Below are positions 49,665-62,300 of a stretch of DNA of 64,000 nucleotides, one piece after another. This DNA is from Macrostomum lignano (Eukaryota). Numbering within the stretch: the stretch's first letter is position 1; every line of letters starts with the position of its first letter. Location of the stretch: NCBI GenBank assembly GCA_002269645.1, contig NIVC01002184.1:1-64000 (forward strand). Reading direction: 5' to 3'. The translations under genes and the position numbers were made by a program. The notes beneath the pieces were generated by a model, which did no database searches, was not told where the DNA came from, and worked only from the letters and a program-made list of their open reading frames with translations.

Positions 49665-51335
49665 AGAGTTACCATGTCAAACATAAAAGAGCCACCATGT
49701 CAAACCTAAACGAGCCACCATGTCTAATATTTAAGAGCCACTATTTCAAACATCAAAGAGCCACTATGTCAAACATTTAGGAGCCACTTTTTTCGAACAT
49801 TAAAGAGCCACCATGTCAAACATAAAAGAGCCAACATGTCAGACATTAAAAAGCCACCGTATCAAATATAAAAGAGTTACCACGTAGAACAAAAAAGAGC
49901 CACCATTTCGAACATTAAAGAGCCACAATGTCAAACATTAAAGAGCCAACATGTCAAACATAAAAGAGCCAACATGTCAAACATAAAGAGCCACCATGTC
50001 AAACATTTAAGAGCCACCATGTCAAACATATATGTGACTTTATGTCAAACATTAAAGACCATTTCGAACATTAAAGAGCCACCATGTCAAACATGAAAGA
50101 GCTAAAACATGAAGAATATTAAAGAGCCACCATGTCAAACATAAAAGAGCCACCATGTAAAACATTAAAGAGCCACCATGTCAAACATTAAAGAGCCACC
50201 ATGTCAAACATTAAAGAGCCACCATGTCGAATATTAAAGAGCCACCCTGTCGAACATTAAAGAGCCACCATGTCAAACATTAAAAGTCACCATGTTAAAC
50301 ATTAAAGAGCCACCATATCAAGCATAAAAGAGCCACCATGTCAAACCTAAAAGAGCCACCATGTCAAAAATTTAAGAGCCAAAATGTAGAATATAAAAGA
50401 GCCACCATGTCAACCATATAAGTGACTTTATGTCAAACATTTAAGAGCCACCATGTTAAACCTAAAAGAGCCACCATGTAAAACCTAAAAGAGCCATCAT
50501 GTCAAACCTAAAAGAGCCACCATGTCGAACACTTAAGAGTCACAATGTAAAATATTAAAGGGCCACCATTTCGAACATATAAGTGAATTTATGTCAAACA
50601 TTAAAGAGCCATCATGTCAAACATTAAAGAGCCACCATGTCAAAAATTTAAGAGCCACCATGTCAATTATTTATGTTTCTTTATGTCAAACATTAAAGAG
50701 CCACCATTTCGATCATTAAGGAGCCACCATGTCAAACATTTAAAAGCCACCTTTTCAAACATTAAATAGCCACTTTGTCGAACATTAAAGAGCCACTGTG
50801 TCAAACATAAAAGAGCCACAGGTTAAACATTAAAGAGCCACCATGTCAAACATAGAAGAGCCACCATGTCAGATATTAAAAAGAGCCACCATGTCGAACA
50901 TTAAAGAGCCACCATGTCAAACATATATGTGACTTTATGTCAAACATTAAAGAGCCACCATGTAGAACATTAAAGAGCCACCATGTCGAACATTAAAGAG
51001 CCACCATGTCGAACATTAAAGAGCCACCATGTAAAACATTAAAGAGCCACATTGTCAAACATTAAAGAGCCACCATGTCGAACATTAAAGAGCCACCATG
51101 TCAAAAATAGAAGAGCCACCATGTCAAAAATAGAAGAGCCACCATGTCAAACATAGAAGAGCCACCATGTCGAACAATAAAGGGCCACCATGTAGAACAT
51201 TAAAGAGCCACCATGTCGAACAATAAAGAGCCACCATGTCAAACATTAAAGATCCACCATGTCGAACATTAAAGAGCCACCATGTCAAAAATAGAAGAGC
51301 CACCATGTCTAACAGTAAAAAGCCACCATGTCGAA
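49665..51335. repeat. 23-bp satellite (~70 units)
   Basis: Unit AACATTAAAGAGCCACCATGTCA. Confidence 0.95.
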
Positions 51336-51480
51336 CATAGGAGACGCAATTTTAAACGTAAAAAGAAGCGTCATGCCAATCACAAAGGAGCCATTATAAA
51401 GCTAAGGAAATTGTTGCACTTGCTACTTATTGTCCGGTGGATGCTTGCTATTTAAAGATCAATACTTGCTATCAATTGGT

Positions 51481-51675
51481 TGCTTGCTATCTGGGGTGCT
51501 TGCTATCTGGGGGTGCTTGCTATCTGGGGGTGCTTGCTATCTGGGGGTGCTTGCTATCTGGGGGTGCCTGCTATCTGGGGGTGCTTGCTATCTGGGGGTG
51601 CTTGCTAACTGGGGATGCCTGCTATCTGGGGGGTGCTTGCTATCTGGGGGTGCTTGCTAACTGGGGGGATGCTTG
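51481..51675. repeat. ~17-bp tandem repeat
   Basis: Unit TGCTTGCTATCTGGGGG, about 11 copies. Confidence 0.9.
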
Positions 51676-53077
51676 CTGTCTTAGGATGTTTTCTTTTTGC
51701 ATTGCACTTCATCTGAGCAGTTTTTCTATTGACCATGTGAAGGCTTTGTTTGGCCATCTTATTGATACTTGTAGAGAACAGAGATTCTATCTAGATGTCC
51801 CCCATCGGGGGGCGAAGATTGCTAGTTTTGTACTAAAAATGCCCAGAGAAACCATGATACCTATTTTTAAAGACACACTTAAAGGAAGGTTTTTTCATCA
51901 CTGATTGAAATCAGGGTGCCTGTCTTCATTTTCATTATTATCTAGAGTGCATTATGTGATAATGACTATAATGGCTTTTGCTTTTGTAGAAAAATATTTA
52001 CTTTATTTGTCTAAATAAAATTTTTTTTATTTGTCTTGTTTATTTTTGCTTGTTATGCCTATGTAGGTGCATAAATTTTCCAATGGGATGCAAGAGCAAA
52101 GCATTATTTGTTGGAGAAAGGCTCTTTAAATACAATTGTGACAATTTTGTGAAAAAATAAATTTGCACTGACAGTAAAGTTCAGGTTGCATATGTATGTA
52201 TTGTATTTTAATCACATAAGCTTGCTGTTTATTGTTTGTCTTGGAAAACTCATACCATAGATGTGTCTATGCTTGTAAATATGAAAAGATGACAATAATG
52301 ATTAGAATAAAATTTAATGAAATAAAAGTTGATAAAATCCTATTCACTTTAAATGCATGCTACATCAGCTGCATCAAACTAATTAATGAGAAAAATGAAA
52401 ATCAGCAAAATCTCACTGGGAAAGAACATTCGAGTGAAGACTCACTATGATGTTGGATATTTGTGCCGGTTTTCTTTTCTGGCTTTTCAAGTCTGTCTGG
52501 GACCATTGGTGGTTGGTAAGTTGTTGTTGTTAAACGGGGGTGGGACGCCGGGAGCTACCCGCGGGATTGGACCCTGACGTCTGGGCCAGGGGAATCTGCC
52601 AACCCAAACCTATGGACTAAGACACCGCCAACCCAAAAGTGGAATCAGAGACGGTGCTAAGACTGAGTCCACCCAAGCCACCACCCAGCAGACAAGTCCC
52701 GGGAGTGCGCGAAAAAGAATTTTAAAAAACTTGGAATACTACTGGAAGCGGTCCGAGAGCGGGGAAACCCTGAAGTCTCGGAAATGGCTTAATTTTGGAG
52801 CGAGTCTGGAAGGCTTGTTTCCGAGGGCTTGTTTTCTGGCTTTTCAAGTCTTTCTGGAACCATTGGTGGTTGGTAAGTCATTCCATGAACCAATGGGAAT
52901 CTAGAAGATGGAATGTCATTTCTGCGAGATACATTTGTGCATTGTTTTCATTTTCGTGCTACTTATTCAGTGCAATGAGTTTTTAGTGTTAACAACAAAT
53001 TTTAGACACTACTACTACTACTCTTCAATATCAGTAGGCGATCTCTACTTTTTTCGTCCCTCGAATCGCCTTGCCAG

Positions 53078-56000
53078 GTCACGTGATTGGTTTCTCCTCG
53101 CCCGCCCTGCCGGACTTGAAGCGCCAAGGCGCCATCCGCACGGCCTCCCAGGAGGCGCTGTTCGCCTCACTGATGAACATCGGCGGAATCATCGGCAGCG
53201 TGTTCGTTGGCGGCCTACTGGACCGTCTGGGCCGCCGCTGGTGCCTGTTCGTCAGCGTGCTGCCAGCCCTGCTCGGCTACATCTTCATCGGTGCTTCGCG
53301 CGGCTCCGTGCACGCCCTGCTGTTCGGCCGGGTGCTGACCGGCCTGACCTGCGGCTTGAACGCTGCCGCTACCAGTATCTATCTGGTTGAGATTTCGCCA
53401 ACAAGTTTTCGCGGCGTTCTTGGCGCGTTTAACCAGTTGGGAATAACGATCGGGATTTTCCTGTCCTACCTGGCTGGGGCATTCTGGTCCTACTCTGCCC
53501 TGGCCTGGCTGGGCTGCTGCCTGGCCGCCGGCCTAACTCTGTGCACCGGCCTGCCGTCCTTTCCGGAGTCGCCTCGATTCCTCATGCAGCGGCGGGACAT
53601 CCAGACTGCGGCCAAAGTGCTGGCCTATCTGCGGCCTTCGCACTACGATGTGCAGGTTAGTTAGCAGTGCATTGTGTGTTCGTACTTCTTAGAAAGATGT
53701 ACGATCTCTCTAATACCAAATATACATGTACCATGAATCAGCTGACACAATCCAACAGCCCAATTATAGATCTGTGTATTTTTAATTCCCCAGATGGAGG
53801 TGAAAACTCCAACAAAACGACTTTTAAATTAAGGAATCCCATCTGACATGAAGAATCACCATCTGACAATGACAAAAATCACCATCTGACATATAGAATC
53901 ACCATCTGACATATAGAATAACCATCTGACATAGAGAATAACCGTCTGACATAGAGAATCACCATCTGACATATAGAATCACCATCTGACATATAGAATA
54001 ACCATCTGACAATGACAAAAATCACCATCCGACATATAGAATCACCATCTGACATATAGAATAACCATCTGACATAGAGAATCACCATCTGACATAGAAT
54101 CACCATCTGACATATAGAATCACCATCTGACAATGACAAAAATCACCATCCGACATATAGAATCACCATCTGACATATAGAATAACCATCTGACATAGAA
54201 TAACCATCTGACATAGAAAATCACCATCTGACATAGAAAATCACCATCTGACAATGACAAGAATCACCATCTGACATATAGAATAACCATCTGACATATA
54301 GAATCACCATCTGACATAAAGAATAACCATCTGACATAGAATCACCATCTGACATATAGAATCACCATCTGACATAGAGAATCACCATCTGACATAGAAT
54401 CACTATCTGACATAGAATAACCATCTGACATAGAATCACCATCTGACATAGAATCACCATCTGACATAGAATAACCATCTGACATAGAAAATCACCATCT
54501 GACAATGACAAGAATCACCATCTGACATATAGAATAACCATCTGACATATAGAATCACCATCTGACATAAAGAATAACCATCTGACATAGAATCACCATC
54601 TGACATATAGAATCACCATCTGACATAGAGAATCACCATCTGACATAGAATCACTATCTGACATAGAATAACCATCTGACATAGAATCACCATCTGACAT
54701 AGAATCACCATCTGACATAGAATAACCATCTGACATAGAAAATCACCATCTGACAATGACAAGAATCACCATCTGACATATAGAATAACCATCTGACATA
54801 TAGAATCACCATCTGACATAAAGAATAACCATCTGACATTGAGTCACCATCTGACATAGAATAACCATCTGACAATGACAAGAATCACCATCTGACATAT
54901 AGAATAACCATCTGACATATAGAATCACCATCTGACATATAGAATAACCATCTGACATAGAGAATCACCATCTGACATATAGAATAACCATCTGACATAG
55001 AGAATCACCATCTGACATAGAATAACCATCTGACATATAGAATAACCATCTGACATATAGAATAACCATCTGACATCCCTTTCAATCAGGACGAGCTACG
55101 CGACATCTCCGCGTGCTCTGACGACGCCCTGCTGCCCATGACTGCGCCTCCGACTGCCGGATCCGCTGACTTGGCCGGCGACCCCTCAGCCGCTGGCGCA
55201 GCTTCTTCGTCATCAGATTCGGCAGCCTCCGCCGCAGCGGCCGGAAACCGTCGCTCTGAAGCGTCCGCCGACGTGTCCCTGCGCGAGCTGTACACCCGGC
55301 CGGAGTTCAGCCGGCCCCTGGTGGTGGCCCTTGGCCTCATGGCGCTGCAGCAGCTGTCAGGCATCAATGTCATCATGTTCTACGCGCAGGACATTCTAGG
55401 CAAGACTGGCGCCGTGTCCTCGCCTGCTCTCGGCGCCTGTCTTATTGGGGCTACGCAGGTGAGACATTTACCTCTCCAATGCAGAGCAGCTCTCTGCTGT
55501 GTACCACATTCGCCACTTCCCGCTCAATCCCCTCGCTCGTCTTTGTTTTCCACCCATTCGCTTTTTAGCCCTTTCCAACCCCCTTCACCTCCTCTCCGCC
55601 CCCTTCACCTCTTCTCCACCCCTTCTCCACCTCCACTCCTTCCCCACCTCTCCGCCCCTTCGCCTCCTTCCCGCCCCTTCACCGTCTCTCCACCCTCTAC
55701 CCTTCTCCACCCCTTTACCACCTCCGCCCTCTACCTCTCCTCTCCACCCCGTTCACCTCTCCGCCCTCTACCCCTCCTCTCCGCCCTCTACCCCTCCTCT
55801 CCGCCCCCTTCACCACCTCTCCACAGTCCACCCCTTCAACGCTTCTCCGCCCCCTTCACCTCCGCTCCATGCACCCTCTTTACCTCCCATCTGCCCCTTC
55901 ACTCCGCTGTCCCTTGCATCTCCTCTCCGCCCTTTCTCTCTGGGCGGAGAGAATCTTTGCTTATTTAGCTTCCTTTCTCCACCCCTTTATCACCTGTAGC

Positions 56001-56568
56001 TCCTATTGTTAATGTGCTTTCGCTGCACTTTTAGTTCCAAGTCAGTAGTTCTGACTCTCAGAACAGCTGCATCATGCAAGCCCACTTTCAGGTTGCCTTC
56101 ACCATCTTGGCTGCCTGCCTGATGGACAAGTTCGGTCGCCGCCAGCTGCTGCTGCTAGCCAGCCTCATCATGATGCTGGCCCAGCTTACGCTCGGCATCT
56201 TCTTTGCCGCCAATTCAACCCGCGGCTACGTTGCCGTGGTCTCCCTGGTCCTGTTCATCATCGGCTTCAGCCTGGGCTGGGGCCCTGTACCAATGCTCGT
56301 CACTGCAGAGATCTTCCCTACCCGAGCTCGGAGCGTTGCCAACGGCCTGGCCATCTGCAGCAGCTGGCTATTCAGCTTCCTCATCACTGAGACTTTCCCT
56401 GCCCTGCAGCTGCATCTTGGCACTGGCAATATCTTCTTCCTGTTCTCGGCCATGTGCTTGGCCGGACTGTACTTTGTGTGGCGCTACGTGCCCGAGACCA
56501 AGGGCAAGTCGTTGGAGGATCTCGAATTGCACTTTATTGGCACGCGGAGCAGCCTGCGATCGCTGTAG
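53078..56568 (+). CDS. Sugar porter, SLC2A8/GLUT8-Tret1-like; 5' exon not found
   Basis: Exons 53078-53655, 55090-55458 and 56092-56568. Motifs IGFSSP, DRLGRR, YLVEISP, RGVLG, PESPRFL, QQLSGINVIMFY, DKFGRR, GWGPVP, AEIFP, VPETKGKSLE. Confidence 0.9.
53844..55077. repeat. ~18-22 bp minisatellite filling a sugar-transporter intron
   Basis: Unit GAAT(C/A)ACCATCTGACATA(TA/GA), about 60 copies, running to within ~12 bp of the acceptor. Confidence 0.95.
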
Positions 56569-56769
56569 GGGAACTGCTGGAGACCATGCTTTGCTTGAAT
56601 ACGGTTGCACTGGACTCGTTTAACTGTCTTCATATTTTCAGTCTGGGCTCACTGTTCGTTACTCTGTCTAGGCCCACTTTGAGTATGCAGGGCCTGCCGA
56701 TGAAATCTGGAGTTTCTAGACTTACAGTCTTAACAACCTTTAGAGTCTCTGGGCTTGCCCTTAAAGTCT

Positions 56770-57770
56770 ATAAGCTCACCCTTAGAGTCTCTATAAGTTC
56801 ACCCTTACAGTCTCTATAAGCTCACCCTTAGAGTCTCTATAAGCTCACCCTTAGAGTCTCTATAAGCTCACCCTTAGAGTCTCTATAAGCTCACCCTTAG
56901 AGTCTCTATAAGCTCACCCTTAGAGTCACTATAAGCTCACCCTTAGAGTCTCTATAAGCTCTCTCTTAGAGTCTATAAGCTCACCCTTAAAAATCTCTAT
57001 AAGCTCACCCTTAGAGTCACTATAAGCTCACCCTTAGAGTCTCTATAAGCTCTCTCTTAGAGTCACTATAAGCTCACCCTTAGAGTCTCTATAAGCTCAC
57101 CCTTAGAGTCTATAAGCTCACCCTTAAAAATCTCTATAAGCTGACCCTTACAGTCTCTATAAGCTCACCCTTAGAGTCTCTATAAGCTCACCCTTAGAGT
57201 CACTATAAGCTCACCCTTAGAGTCTCTATAAGCTCTCTCTTAGAGTCTATAAGCTCACCCTTAAAAATCTCTATAAGCTCACCCTTAGAGTCACTATAAG
57301 CTCACCCTTAGAGTCTCTATAAGCTCACCCTTAGAGTCTATAAGCTCACCCTTAGAGTCACTATAAGCTCACCCTTAGAGTCACTATAAGCTCACCCTTA
57401 GAGTCTCTATAAGCTCACCCTTAGAGTCACTATAAGCTCACCCTTAGAGTCACTATAAGCTCACCCTTAGAGTCTCTATAAGCTCTCTCTTAGAGTCTAT
57501 AAGCTCACCCTTAAAAATCTCTATAAGCTCACCCTTAGAGTCACTATAAGCTCACCCTTAGAGTCTCTATAAACTCACCCTTAGAGTCTCTATAAGCTCT
57601 CTCTTAGAGTCTATAAGCTCACCCTTAAAAATCTCTATAAGCTCACCCTTAGAGTCACTATAAGCTCACCCTTAGAGTCTCTATAAGCTCTCTCTTAGAG
57701 TCTATAAGCTCACCCTTAAAAATCTCTATAAGCTGACCCTTACAGTCTCTATAAGCTCACCCTTAGAGTC
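56770..57770. repeat. 23-bp minisatellite downstream of the sugar transporter
   Basis: Unit CTCACCCTTAGAGTC(T/A)CTATAAG, about 43 copies. Confidence 0.95.
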
Positions 57771-58499
57771 TAAACCTTTTTAAAGTCGATCTAGGCCATT
57801 CTGTCGCGTCTCAAGGCCTCCTTAGAGCTTTTCTTGGTGTCTATAGGCTCCATTTGAGTCCGGGAGAGTCTACTTCAAAGCCTACTCCATATTTACTTTG
57901 CACTTTTTACTTCACTAAAGTACAACTGATCGCAGCAGCCAAGTGTTTATTGTCATTAATCAGACTATACTTAATATCAATAATTTGGTATTTGTGAATC
58001 ATTTGCTTATATATCAGTTTGTATATTCTTGCTTGTTAATTGTTTCCGAGGCTGTGCCCAGATGTTCCATTGACTGCAACGATTGATCAGTTCGTTTCTG
58101 TGTTTTTTTGCTACAAGTGATCGACTCAGTGTGACATAATCCAGTTTAGTTACTATAATATGTTGAATTCAATATAAACTGTCTGTGGAGTCTGTGTTCG
58201 ATCAAAACCACTTAAATCCCTTATATTCATATTTTTCGTTTCAATATTGTAAATTGTCTGCTTTGGTTTTAGATTTTTGTTATTATTCTTTTATCTTATG
58301 GTCTTACGCCGATGTTTGTTGTATAATAAAAATTTCAAATATTAGTTTTGTTATAGTTTGCGTTGCATATGAAACGCTCGGCTCGCAATCCTCACAAGAT
58401 TGCTTTGAGGTGTTTATTCGCGTTTGTTGTTCAATATCTCGAAAACGTAGCTTTAGCAGTCTTATTATTCGAGGTGCTTATTCAAATTTTTAATTAAAC

Positions 58500-58794
58500 A
58501 TTAGTAGTAGTAGTAGTAGTAAAAGTAGTTGTAGTAGTAGTAGTTGTAGTAGTAGTAGTTGTAGTAGTAGTAGTAAAAGTAGTTGTAGTAGTAGTAGTAG
58601 TAGTAGTAGTAGTTGTAGTAGTAGTTGTAGTAGTAGTAGTTGTAGTAGTAGTAGTAAAAGTAGTTGTAGTAGTAGTTGTGGTAGTAGTAGTAAAAGTAGT
58701 TGTAGTAGTAGTAGTAGTAGTAGTAGTAGTTGTAGTAGTAGTTGTAGTAGTAGTAGTTGTAGTAGTAGTAGTAAAAGTAGTTGTAGTAGTAGTT

Positions 58795-58827
<33 letters not shown>

Positions 58828-59013
58828 AAAGTAGTTGTAGTAGTAGTAGTAAAAGTAGTTGTAGTAGTAGTTGTAGTAGTAGTAGTAGTAGTAGTAGTAA
58901 AAGTAGTTGTAGTAGTAGTAGTAAAAGTAGTTGTAGTAGTAGTAGTAAAAGTAGTTGTAGTAGTAGTAGTAAAAGTAGTTGTAGTAGTAGTAAAAGTAGT
59001 TGTAGTAGTAGTT

Positions 59014-59049
<36 letters not shown>

Positions 59050-59143
59050 AAAGTAGTTGTAGTAGTAGTTGTGGTAGTAGTAGTAAAAGTAGTAGTAGTA
59101 GTAGTTGTAGTAGTAGTAGTAAAAGTAGTTGTAGTAGTAGTAT
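58500..59143. repeat. Long interrupted (TAG)n trinucleotide array
   Basis: GTA triplets with periodic AAA and GTT interruptions. This is the source of the spurious poly-T/L/V ORFs. Confidence 0.95.
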
Positions 59144-59214
59144 TAATACAGTAGGGCAAGGGACGTATTTGTAAGTCAACTGTTTTTCGATCACATACCT
59201 ACCTAGATAAATAC

Positions 59215-59247
59215 CGAGAGTCGACAGACCATTTTTAGTATATAGGA
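59215..59247 (-). mobile_element. Helitron-like 5' terminus on the - strand
   Basis: The - strand reads TCCTATATACTAAAAATGGTCTGTC, similar to the 5' end at 49070. The 3' end was not found. Confidence 0.4.
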
Positions 59248-59367
59248 AGTCAACTTTAGTTATGTAGACTAGATGATAGATAGACTAGACCGACAAACCA
59301 TTTTAGAGTGGGTGCATATCTTTACCTGTAGCATATACCTGTCCTCTCATGCCACCAACTGCCACAG

Positions 59368-62300
59368 ATGTGGACGTCGCAGAAGTCTCTCAACAGTCTG
59401 GTTCACTCGGTGATTGCCGAGGGACGGACCGACCGCGCCTACGAATTCGATGCCGAGCTCAAGAAGGCCAGGCCGAACTTTCACGCCCTGTTGAAAAATC
59501 CGGTGAGAATTTCCTCAGCTTTTTGTTCACTTTCATTGCTGCTCTGACACCTTTTCTGTCCGCTTTTTGGCTGTCCGTCTAGTCTCAGATTTTCTGAACT
59601 GTCAGTTCACTATGTCAGACTGTCAGCTCATTCTGTCATACTGTCAGCTCATTCTGTCAGACTGTCAGCTCATTCTGTCATACTGTCAGCTCATTCTGTC
59701 AGACTGTCAGTTCACTATGTCAGACTGTCAGTTCATTCTGTCAGACTGTCTGTTCACTATGTCAGACTGTCAGTTCATTCTGTCAGACTGTCTGTTCACT
59801 ATGTCAGACTGTCAGTTCATTCTGTCAGACTGTCTGTTCACTATGTCAGACTGTCAGCTCATTCTGTCAGACTGTCAGTTCACTATGTCAGACTGTCAGC
59901 TCATTCTGTCAGACTGTCAACTCATTCTGTCAGACTGTCAGTTCACTATGTCAGACTGTCAGCTCATTCTGTTAGACTGTCAGCTCATTCTGTCAGACTG
60001 TCAACTCATTCTGTCAGACTGTCAACTCATTCTGTCAGGCTGTCAGCTCATTCTGTCAGACTATCAGTTCATTCTGACCGGCACCCCACCCGAACCCGCA
60101 GCCGAAAACCGCCGCGGACCGCGAGCTGGTCCGCAAAGCCGCCAACCAGCCAATCACGGTGCGCCTCATTCAGCAGAAAATCTGCCTATCAGACGATTTT
60201 ATTGAGGAGGCCATCATTGTCAGCGACCTTTTTGAGCTGAATGAAATGGCCGCCGTGGAACTTCTGCTAACCGGTATGAATCAGGCTTTACTTTAGTCGG
60301 TGTGCAAATTAAATCCTAAAATTATCACTTTAGAAAATCTCCCCTCAGCAGCCTTGCAGCAGAAAATTCTCACTCAAAATCTTATTCCTGCTGCATTCAT
60401 TCTCAGCCGAAGGCCAGCAGCCGTCCTACCCGGACCTGACCCGCGGCCTGGTGGCGGTGCTGCTCTACTATGATCAGCAGCGCTGCATTGTGGACACCCT
60501 GCGCTGCCTTATTGAAGCTCGCGAAGGTCGCCGCTGGACAGTGGACAGCGTCACGGCCAGCCCGGAGGTCGCCAAGACCATCAACGACGTCACCGCCAGT
60601 CTGTGGCGCGACGGCCTACTTGGCGCCATCCTTGACCTGCTGCCCGCGGCCAACGAGCGCCTGGCCGCAGCTAAACTGGAGGAGCAGCGCGCCCTCGGCA
60701 ACGCCAGGCATCGGCGCCAGTTTGGCGCCCTGCAAAGCCAAGTGCGGCACTGCCTGGCCGATTGCGTCTTTCTGTGGGCCTGCCAGACTCCGCTGGGCGT
60801 CGAGGATCTGCTGGCCGTGATGCGGTTCCTGCAGCGGGACTTGCCGCCTGCCCCAGCTGCTATTGACAGGTGAGACAGGTGGCTGGGACAGACTAGCGAG
60901 GAGGAAGAGTGAGGCTAGAGATTGTGCATGTGCGATAGGTGAGGAGATAGAGGGAGAGTAAGGAGAAGGGGTTAGATTTGCTGGGAGGGGGATTAGTGTT
61001 GTTGGCGCGGATGAAAGTTGCCTGAAAGAGGGGTGAGAGTTGCCTGGGAGAGGAGTGGGAGTTTTCTGGGAGAGGGTGAGAGTTGCCTAGGAGAGAGGAG
61101 TGGGAGTTTTCTGGGAGAGGGGTGAGAGTTGCAGGGGAAGAGCGAGAACTGCCTGGGAGAGAGGTGAGAGTTGCAGGGAAAAGGGTGAGAATTGCCTGGG
61201 TGAGAGGTGAGAGTTGTAGAGAAGAGCGGTTCGAGATTTGCAGACGGTGAGAGCACTGGGCAGAGGCAGTACTTTTGTGAGGGTGAGATGTACAGTGGTG
61301 AGCACTTCTTGTCTCAAAGCCACTGCTTGGCAATGCTCGCCCCGCAGGTGCCACGCATCGCTAATCCTGGCCGTGCTGACTTCATTCGACTGCTCCGGTC
61401 CGGACGGCGAAGAGCCGGACGAGTCGCATCCGCTGTTGGCGCCCGCCGACTCTTCGGGTGGTCCCGGGTTCGCGGCCGCAATCCACCAAGCGGTAAGACG
61501 CGGCCCTCGCTGGCAGAACCCGGCCGCCCAGGGCCTGATCCGGTTCGCCTGGGGCGTGGCGCTGCGCCGGGCTCAGCAGACCGGCTTGGCGGGGCCCGCC
61601 GCCTACTCATTCTCCGCGCCATCTTCAGGCGCCGATGCCAGCGCTGCCGATGCCGACGACGACGATGGCGAACTGTCCGCGGAGGTTGGCATCGCCGATG
61701 GCGCGTTCGCGGCGCTGGGCAGCTTGCTGGCGCCGGCTGGCGAAGCTAGCGGCGGCGCTGGTGCCGGCGCCTGGTGCCGCGGCAACGAATGGGCGCTGCG
61801 CTGCCTGCACAACCTGCTGACTGACTATGTGTGCCTGATGCCTATGCAGGTGAGACTGGCTGGGGCTGTGGTGAGACTAGATGGTGTTTGGGTGAGACCG
61901 GATAGAGATTGGGCATTGGGGTGAGACTGGATAGGGAGTGGGGTAAGACTGGATGAGGATTGGAGTGAGAATAGATAGGGATTAGGGACTAGGGTAAAAC
62001 TGGATAGGGAGTAGGGTAAGACTGGATAGGGAGTGGGGTGAGACTGGATAGGGAGTGGGGTGAGACTGGATAGGGATTGGGGTGAAACTGGATTGGGATT
62101 GAAGTGAGAATAGATATGGACTGGGGTGAGACTAGATGAGGATTGGAGTGAGAATAAATAGGGAGTAGGGACTAGGGTAAGACTGGATAGGGAGTGGGGT
62201 GAAACTGGATTGGGAGTGGGGTGAAACTGGATAGGGAGTGGGGTGAAACTGGATTGGGAGTGGGGTGAAACTGGATTGGGAGTGGGGTGAAACTGGATAG

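Larger units (their letters stand above)
49070..51825 (+). mobile_element. Third Helitron-like element carrying 23-bp and 17-bp satellites
   Basis: 5' end TCGTATATACTAAAAATG. 3' end GTCCCCC-ATC-GGGGGGC hairpin + 8 nt + CTAG|T at 51797-51826. Confidence 0.6.

Noticed and set aside
55499-55999. Pro/Ser-rich ORFs
   Set aside because: Pyrimidine-rich low-complexity intron of the sugar transporter (55459-56091).
58490-59194. Poly-L/T/V ORFs of 158-234 aa
   Set aside because: Stop-free frames of the (TAG)n microsatellite.
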